From assembly GCA_027339965.1 (NCBI GenBank), contig DAHWNL010000011.1:1-21167 (forward strand): a stretch of 21,167 bases of DNA, in the 5' to 3' direction. The position numbers and the translations under genes were made by a program. Shown here one piece after another: positions 16,090-21,167 of the stretch; within the stretch, counting starts at the first letter, position 1; every line of letters begins with the position of its first letter. The notes under the pieces were generated by a model, which did no database searches, was not told where the DNA came from, and worked only from the letters and a program-made list of their open reading frames with translations. Origin of the DNA: Granulicella sp. GTDB lineage: Bacteria > Acidobacteriota > Terriglobia > Terriglobales > Acidobacteriaceae.

Positions 16090-18033
16090 CTACTCCGTCT
16101 GTCTCTTGTTTCTCGGCTTCAGCTTGAACCAGATCGGGCTGCCGATGAATTTAAAAGCCCTGCGAATCTCGTTGGCCAGAAAGCGCTCATAGCTGAAGTG
16201 CAGCTTTCCGCCGCGGTCCGTGAACAGCACAAAGGTCGGAGGCGCCACCGCGGCCTGAGTCATGTAATAGATCTTCACCCGCCTCTTCAGCGGCACGCTG
16301 GCGCGCTGGAAGTCGATCCTCTTCAGGAAGCGATTCATCGCACCCGTGGAGACGCGCTTGCGCCGCTCCCGAGCCACCAGTTCCACCTTCTTGAAAACCT
16401 CTTCAATCCCTTTGGACTCCGCAGCTGAAACAAACACGACTGGAGCGTACTCCAAAAACTTCAGCGCATCCCGCACCTGCTGCTCGTAAATCTTCTTGTC
16501 CGCCACGGGCTTGCCATCCAGCAGCCGCTTGCCATCCGGCCCCGCCTTGGTCATCAGGTCCCACTTGTTCACCACAACCACGACGCTGCGTCCACTCTCA
16601 TGCGCGTATCCGCCGATGTTGGCGTCGGCTGCGGTCACTCCTTCGCCGGAATCGATCAGCAGCAGCGCCACATCGGCTGACTCCAGATGCTTGCGGCTCA
16701 TGATCACCGATAGCTTCTCAGCCATCAGCCGGGTCTTGCCCTTGCGGCGGATGCCGGCAGTATCGATGAAGCGGAAACTGTGTCCATCCCGCTCAACCAC
16801 CTCATCCACGGCGTCGCGCGTGGTTCCCGCAATCGGAGAGACGATCGCCCGCTCACTGCCGGTGAGCGCGTTCAACAGCGTGCTCTTGCCCACATTCGGC
16901 CGGCCAATGATGGCGATCTTCGTCTCTCGCGCCCGGTGCTCGCCGTGCGAGCGCAGCCGGCGTTCCGGAGGTTGACCAGAACCGGACGCCAGGCCGGGCG
17001 CGTCAGCCTGCTCCAGCGGCATCTGCTCAGATGGCCCCTCCTGAGCTCCGGGCAGCGGGTCTCCTCCCCCGTCCATGTCCTCTTCGGCCTCTTCTTCCTG
17101 CCCTTCCAACGGCTCCTCCGGTTCCTCAGCCACGAACTCCGGAGGCAGCGCCGCCCAAACCTCGTCCAGCAGATCGCCGATGCCCGTGGCGTGTTCCGCG
17201 GAGATCGGGCAGACGTTGCGGAAGCCCAGGCTGCGAAAGTTCTCCGCCGCGGCATACATCTCAGCGGTATCCATCTTGTTGACAGCTAGAAACACCGGCT
17301 TGCCGCCCAGCAGGAGCAGACGCGCCAGATCCACATCCGGCGCGGCAAGCTCAGTACGGCCGTCGATTACCATGATGATCGCGTCGGCCTCTTCCAGTCC
17401 CGCTTTAGCCTGGCGAAAGATCTCGGCTGGAATCAGTTCCCTGTCATCCGGAACCACGCCACCCGTATCCACCAGCCGCACCTTGCGTCCGGCCCACTCC
17501 ACCTCACCGTAGATGCGGTCCCGTGTAATGCCCGGCTCATCGCCGACAATCGATCGCCGCGTCCCGGTCAGCCGATTGAACAACGTCGACTTGCCGACGT
17601 TGGGCCGGCCACAGATGGCCACCAACGGCATTCGCGCCGGTTCGCGATGGCTGCTCTCCGTGGCCACCGTTAATTGTTCGGCCAGCGTCTCCGCCTCCCG
17701 CCACTGGCGCGCTTCGCTGCCGTCCAGCACCTCGTGCGGCCCTCGCCTGACGTCGCTTCCCCGGTCCCACTCGCGGCCGGCACCTGCACGCTCGGCAAAA
17801 TCCTCGCGTTCCCGCATCACCACCATGCGCTCCCGCGCTGGGCTTCTGGTTGGCGTCCTGGCTGCCTTCTCCGCCGCAGCCTTCTTGGCGGCAATCTGTT
17901 GGCGTCTCTTGGGGGAAGCCTCTGCGCTGGCGGCCGTCCCACGGCTGCCCGGCGTCTTGCCCAGTCGCGGCCGAGTGCTCGCCTGCCGGTGCTTCTTGCC
18001 CATGCGCTTCTTCTGTTCGCGTCTTGGCGCCAT
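16090..18033 (-). CDS. der: Ribosome biogenesis GTPase Der (EngA) with long N-terminal extension
   Basis: Two G domains (GRPNVGKS/PGITRD/DTGG/NKMD and GRPNVGKS/AGTTRD/DTAG/NKWD) plus a KH-like tail (PPTFVLF..HFSYERFL). AAGGAG lies upstream of ATG 18033 (MAPRREQ). Confidence 0.96.
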   Translation of the reverse strand: MAPRREQKKRMGKKHRQASTRPRLGKTPGSRGTAASAEASPKRRQQIAAKKAAAEKAARTPTRSPARERMVVMREREDFAERAGAGREWDRGSDVRRGPHEVLDGSEARQWREAETLAEQLTVATESSHREPARMPLVAICGRPNVGKSTLFNRLTGTRRSIVGDEPGITRDRIYGEVEWAGRKVRLVDTGGVVPDDRELIPAEIFRQAKAGLEEADAIIMVIDGRTELAAPDVDLARLLLLGGKPVFLAVNKMDTAEMYAAAENFRSLGFRNVCPISAEHATGIGDLLDEVWAALPPEFVAEEPEEPLEGQEEEAEEDMDGGGDPLPGAQEGPSEQMPLEQADAPGLASGSGQPPERRLRSHGEHRARETKIAIIGRPNVGKSTLLNALTGSERAIVSPIAGTTRDAVDEVVERDGHSFRFIDTAGIRRKGKTRLMAEKLSVIMSRKHLESADVALLLIDSGEGVTAADANIGGYAHESGRSVVVVVNKWDLMTKAGPDGKRLLDGKPVADKKIYEQQVRDALKFLEYAPVVFVSAAESKGIEEVFKKVELVARERRKRVSTGAMNRFLKRIDFQRASVPLKRRVKIYYMTQAAVAPPTFVLFTDRGGKLHFSYERFLANEIRRAFKFIGSPIWFKLKPRNKRQTE

Positions 18034-18102
18034 ACCCGATCTCCTTCTGTCGCGCATCCAGGGCGCCGTCTTCAAGCAATCACAGAGCGCGGTCTTCCTT
18101 CA

Positions 18103-18108
18103 ATTATA
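18103..18108 (-). promoter_or_regulatory. -10 element for der
   Basis: Perfect TATAAT on the minus strand ~70 nt upstream of the der start, in otherwise GC-rich DNA; no consensus -35. Confidence 0.45.
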
Positions 18109-18242
18109 GAAACGGATCGCAACCGGTCTCCGGCTTCCCTCATCCATCCCTCTTCCTCGGCTTCCACCCGCACTCAAGGGAAGGCTACTCGGAGGCCGAC
18201 GGGGCGCAGCGAAGAACCGGCGATTATCATCAACCTAGCCCG

Positions 18243-20492
18243 ATGTCTCACGCGCTCCCATCTTCGCCGGCCGACGTTGCTGAAGTCCATCGCAAGCTAC
18301 CCTCCTTGCATGACTTTTTTCATCCCGGGGGCCTGCTGGCTGGCTCTTCGCTGGCCTTTGAACACCGGCCAGGCCAGTACACGATGGCGCGAGAGATCGA
18401 AAGATGCCTAGCCCGGCATCGTCACCTGATCGTCGAGGCCGGCACTGGAACCGGCAAGACTCTGGCCTATCTTCTGCCGGCCTTGCGCCGCGCCCGAGAG
18501 CACCAGCAGCGCATCATCATCTCCACAGGCACCAAGAACCTCCAGGAGCAGCTCTTCTTCAAAGACGTGCCCTTTCTGGAAACGCTGCTCGGACCGCTCC
18601 GTGTCTGCTACATGAAAGGCCGCGCCAACTATATCTGCAAGCAGAAGCTCTATGCTTTGCGCGATAACCCTCTGCTCACCGGCCTGGAAGAGATCTCCCA
18701 CTTCCACTCCATCTTGCAGTGGGAGCGACGCACCGAAACCGGCGACCGCGCTGAGATCGATGGCCTGCCTGAAGACTCCGCTCTGTGGCACAAGCTGGAT
18801 GCGCGCAGCGAGGCATGTCTGGGCCAGAGCTGTCCCAACTGGGATCAGTGCTTCATCACCTCCATGCGCCGCAAAGCGCTGGAGTCCGAGATCGTGATCG
18901 TCAATCACCACCTCTTTTTCGCCGATCTCTCCATCAAGCAACAGGCTGCCGGCGCGCCCGACGCAGGCATCCTCCCCGAGGCCGCAGCCGTCATCTTCGA
19001 TGAGGCGCACGAACTGGAAGATGTCGCGAGCCAGTACTTCGGGATCGCCCTGAGCAACGCGCGCTTTGACGAACTCTCGCGGGACACAGAGGCCTTCCTG
19101 CGCGCCAAGGGGGTCAGCACCAGCGCCATCGAGAGCGCTACGCAGAGCATCCGCGAACGCTCCCGTCTCTTCTTCTCCTCCCTGCCCACCGGCTCCTCCG
19201 AGCTGGGGCGTCTGGAGTTCACGGACCGGGCCGGCTTTCTGGAAGACCGCGGAGACGCCTATTTGGGAGCGTTCAACGCCCTGCTGCGGCTGGAAGGCGA
19301 GCTCGAACGCCTGCGCGATGTAGAAGAGGCCTCCGGCCTGCGCAAACGCGCTGCGGATATCCGCAGCCATCTCAAGTTTCTGCTCGAATCAACTGATCCG
19401 AATACGGTCTTCTGGATCGAACGCCGCGCCGGCAGCGGACTGCGCAACGCCGCCCGCGCGCGGCCCGGCGCAGCCTCCGCTCCTCCGCAGGCCTTCAGCA
19501 CGCATCTGCTGGCCACTCCTATCGACGTCTCCACGCTGCTCTCCGAGACGCTCTTCTCCCGTTATCCCAGCGTGATCCTCACCTCGGCTACCCTGGCCGT
19601 TGCCGCTCCTGTCTCTGAAGCAGCGACGGAGGCTGAGGCTGCTGCCGGCGACGCATCCACAGACCCGGATGGCCCGCCCCCGGCATCCGGCGGCGGATCC
19701 GGTGTCACGGAGGCCACGGCGCCCGCGCCGGAGACCAGAGCCGGAAAGCCAGGCTTCGCCCACCTCAAGCGCCGTCTGGGAATCCCTTCGCCCCGGGAGC
19801 TGGTCATCGCCAGCCACTTCGACTACTCCCGCCAGGCGCTGCTCTATCTGCCCCCGGGCATGCCTCAGCCCCAGGCTCCCAACTTTCTCCTGCAGGCTGC
19901 AGAAAAGATTCGCCGCATTCTGGAGATCACACAAGGGCGCGCCTTCTGTCTCTTCACCAGCCACGCCCAGATGCGCAACCTTTATGAACGCCTGCTGCCC
20001 CAACTGTCCTTCCCTTTGCTCCTGCAAGGTTCTGCCGCGCGCCATCTCCTGCTCCAGCAGTTTCGTGAGACTCCCAACGCTGTCCTCTTCGGAACCAGCT
20101 CCTTCTGGCAGGGAATCGACGTCCAGGGTGAGCAACTGAGCTGCGTCATCATTGACAAGCTCCCCTTCGCCGTACCCACCGACCCCGTGATGAAGGCGCG
20201 CAGCGAGGCAATCCAGGCGGCGGGCGGCAATGCCTTCCAGGAGCTTCAGATTCCCCAGGCGGTCATCGCCCTCAAGCAGGGATTTGGCCGCCTGATCCGC
20301 TCTCTCGGCGATCGCGGCGTCCTTATGCTCCTCGACCCCCGCATCCGTACTGCTCGCTACGGTGCCATTTTCCTGGACTCGTTGCCGCCTTACTCGCGTA
20401 CCCAGGAGATCGCCGAGGTCGAGCGCTTCTTCGCCTCCGGAGCCGGGTCAGAGTCTTCAGACAAGAGCGCCGCCCCGGAACCGGCTGTGTAA
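18243..20492 (+). CDS. ATP-dependent Fe-S DNA helicase, DinG/YoaA family
   Basis: Q motif FEHRPGQ, Walker A EAGTGTGKT, KGRANYIC, CLGQSCPNWDQCF (Fe-S cysteines), VNHHL, DEAH, TSATL, SFWQGIDV, IDKLPF, LKQGFGRLIR. ATG 18243 is preferred because the ORF-track extension overlaps der. Confidence 0.93.
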   Translation: MSHALPSSPADVAEVHRKLPSLHDFFHPGGLLAGSSLAFEHRPGQYTMAREIERCLARHRHLIVEAGTGTGKTLAYLLPALRRAREHQQRIIISTGTKNLQEQLFFKDVPFLETLLGPLRVCYMKGRANYICKQKLYALRDNPLLTGLEEISHFHSILQWERRTETGDRAEIDGLPEDSALWHKLDARSEACLGQSCPNWDQCFITSMRRKALESEIVIVNHHLFFADLSIKQQAAGAPDAGILPEAAAVIFDEAHELEDVASQYFGIALSNARFDELSRDTEAFLRAKGVSTSAIESATQSIRERSRLFFSSLPTGSSELGRLEFTDRAGFLEDRGDAYLGAFNALLRLEGELERLRDVEEASGLRKRAADIRSHLKFLLESTDPNTVFWIERRAGSGLRNAARARPGAASAPPQAFSTHLLATPIDVSTLLSETLFSRYPSVILTSATLAVAAPVSEAATEAEAAAGDASTDPDGPPPASGGGSGVTEATAPAPETRAGKPGFAHLKRRLGIPSPRELVIASHFDYSRQALLYLPPGMPQPQAPNFLLQAAEKIRRILEITQGRAFCLFTSHAQMRNLYERLLPQLSFPLLLQGSAARHLLLQQFRETPNAVLFGTSSFWQGIDVQGEQLSCVIIDKLPFAVPTDPVMKARSEAIQAAGGNAFQELQIPQAVIALKQGFGRLIRSLGDRGVLMLLDPRIRTARYGAIFLDSLPPYSRTQEIAEVERFFASGAGSESSDKSAAPEPAV

Positions 20493-20663
20493 GTCCTCCC
20501 CCTCGCTGCATCCCTACTTCAGGCAAGTTCCCGCTGCTGGCCGCCGCGCCAGGCTTCCATGCACAGTCCCTCTGCGCGGCGATCTTTCTCGGCCTGCGAC
20601 GCGGGTCAAACCGGCCTCCCAGCGGCTCATTTATTCTTAAGGCAGGAACTTGGACCCAGGCCG

Positions 20664-20918
20664 ATGGGACGCAACCTTTACATCCTCGCCGCCACGCTCG
20701 CCGGGCTTTCGCTGCTCTCCATCGTGCTCTCCTTCACCAACGTGGCCCAACAGCCGGGCTCTCCCGGAGACGCCGCCCTGTGGCGAACCACCAGCATCGC
20801 CCTGATCTGCCTGGCGCTGATCCTGGCGTTGCTCGGCATCCTCAGCGCGCTCTTCGAGCAGGCCGAACGCCGTTTCCAAAGAGAACGCGAAGAAAAGCGC
20901 CGCCGCCGCGCCCGATAG
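20664..20918 (+). CDS. Small hypothetical inner-membrane protein (2 TM helices, Arg/Glu-rich C-tail), 84 aa
   Basis: MGRNLYILAATLAGLSLLSIVLSF...WRTTSIALICLALILALLGILSALFEQAERRFQREREEKRRRRAR; GC-rich third codon positions like its neighbours. Confidence 0.7.
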   Translation: MGRNLYILAATLAGLSLLSIVLSFTNVAQQPGSPGDAALWRTTSIALICLALILALLGILSALFEQAERRFQREREEKRRRRAR

Positions 20919-20958
20919 CCCGGCGCACGCGGACGCCCCGCCGGCAAACGGGCGCGAC

Positions 20959-20988
20959 TGAGCCGGTAGAATGTGAGCCGGTAGAATG
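20959..20988 (+). repeat. Perfect 15-bp tandem duplication TGAGCCGGTAGAATG x2 containing -10-like TAGAAT
   Basis: Units at 20959-20973 and 20974-20988; TAGAAT at 20967-20972 and 20982-20987; ends 42 nt before the queD ATG. Confidence 0.85.
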
Positions 20989-21030
20989 GAAGATGGCGCA
21001 AAGCGTCCGCTGATTGGAGCTCTACCCATC

Positions 21031-21167
21031 ATGTTTGAAGTCACGGTACAGGCCGGATTCTCCTCGGGCCACTACCTCCGCAACTACCACGGAAAGTGCG
21101 AGAACCCGCACGGCCACAACTATCGCGTGCTGGTCACGCTGGTTGGTGAAGAACTGGACGAAGCCGG
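21031..21167 (+). CDS. queD: 6-carboxy-5,6,7,8-tetrahydropterin synthase QueD (5' part, runs off the window)
   Basis: Translated by hand: MFEVTVQAGFSSGHYLRNYHGKCENPHGHNYRVLVTLVGEELDEA, with the C-x3-HGH motif of QueD/PTPS; GGAG at 21016-21019. Missed by the ORF track because it is truncated. Confidence 0.92.
   Translation, partial: MFEVTVQAGFSSGHYLRNYHGKCENPHGHNYRVLVTLVGEELDEA

Noticed and set aside
17850..18242. Apparent 131-aa N-terminal extension of the helicase overlapping der
   Set aside because: It overlaps der and its promoter head-to-head and has no helicase features; ATG 18243 fits the family start.
19602..19751. Mini-intein in the helicase
   Set aside because: No N-terminal Cys/Ser block or C-terminal His-Asn; too short and low-complexity.
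20959..20988. CRISPR-like repeat
   Set aside because: Only two adjacent 15-bp units with no spacer and no cas genes.
20919..21030. preQ1 riboswitch upstream of queD
   Set aside because: No preQ1-I stem with A-rich 3' tail is visible; an Infernal/Rfam scan would settle other classes.

Overview
The window has two parts and probably comes from an Acidobacteriaceae-like genome (inferred from the Oar-type TonB-dependent receptor style and gene content). The left part (1 to ~14,000) looks lower in GC by eye. It is an accessory glycan-utilisation locus: two divergent Tat-exported GH106 (alpha-L-rhamnosidase family) hydrolases flank an Oar-like TonB-dependent transporter, with no SusD partner in the window, and a convergent GntR/FCD regulator follows. 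GTATAC-core palindromes overlap the predicted -10 elements of the regulator, the transporter and a leftward promoter, suggesting a small regulon. Decayed IS256 and IS3 transposase fossils lie in the spacers between the large genes. The right part (~14,100 to end) is higher-GC housekeeping DNA: an SSAT-like GNAT, trmFO, der/engA with a ~134-aa N-terminal extension and a long acidic linker, a YoaA/DinG helicase, a small 2-TM protein and the start of queD. A 15-bp tandem duplication of a -10-like element precedes queD. No rRNA, tRNA or CRISPR was seen. All family assignments come from motif recognition by eye; no database searches were run.
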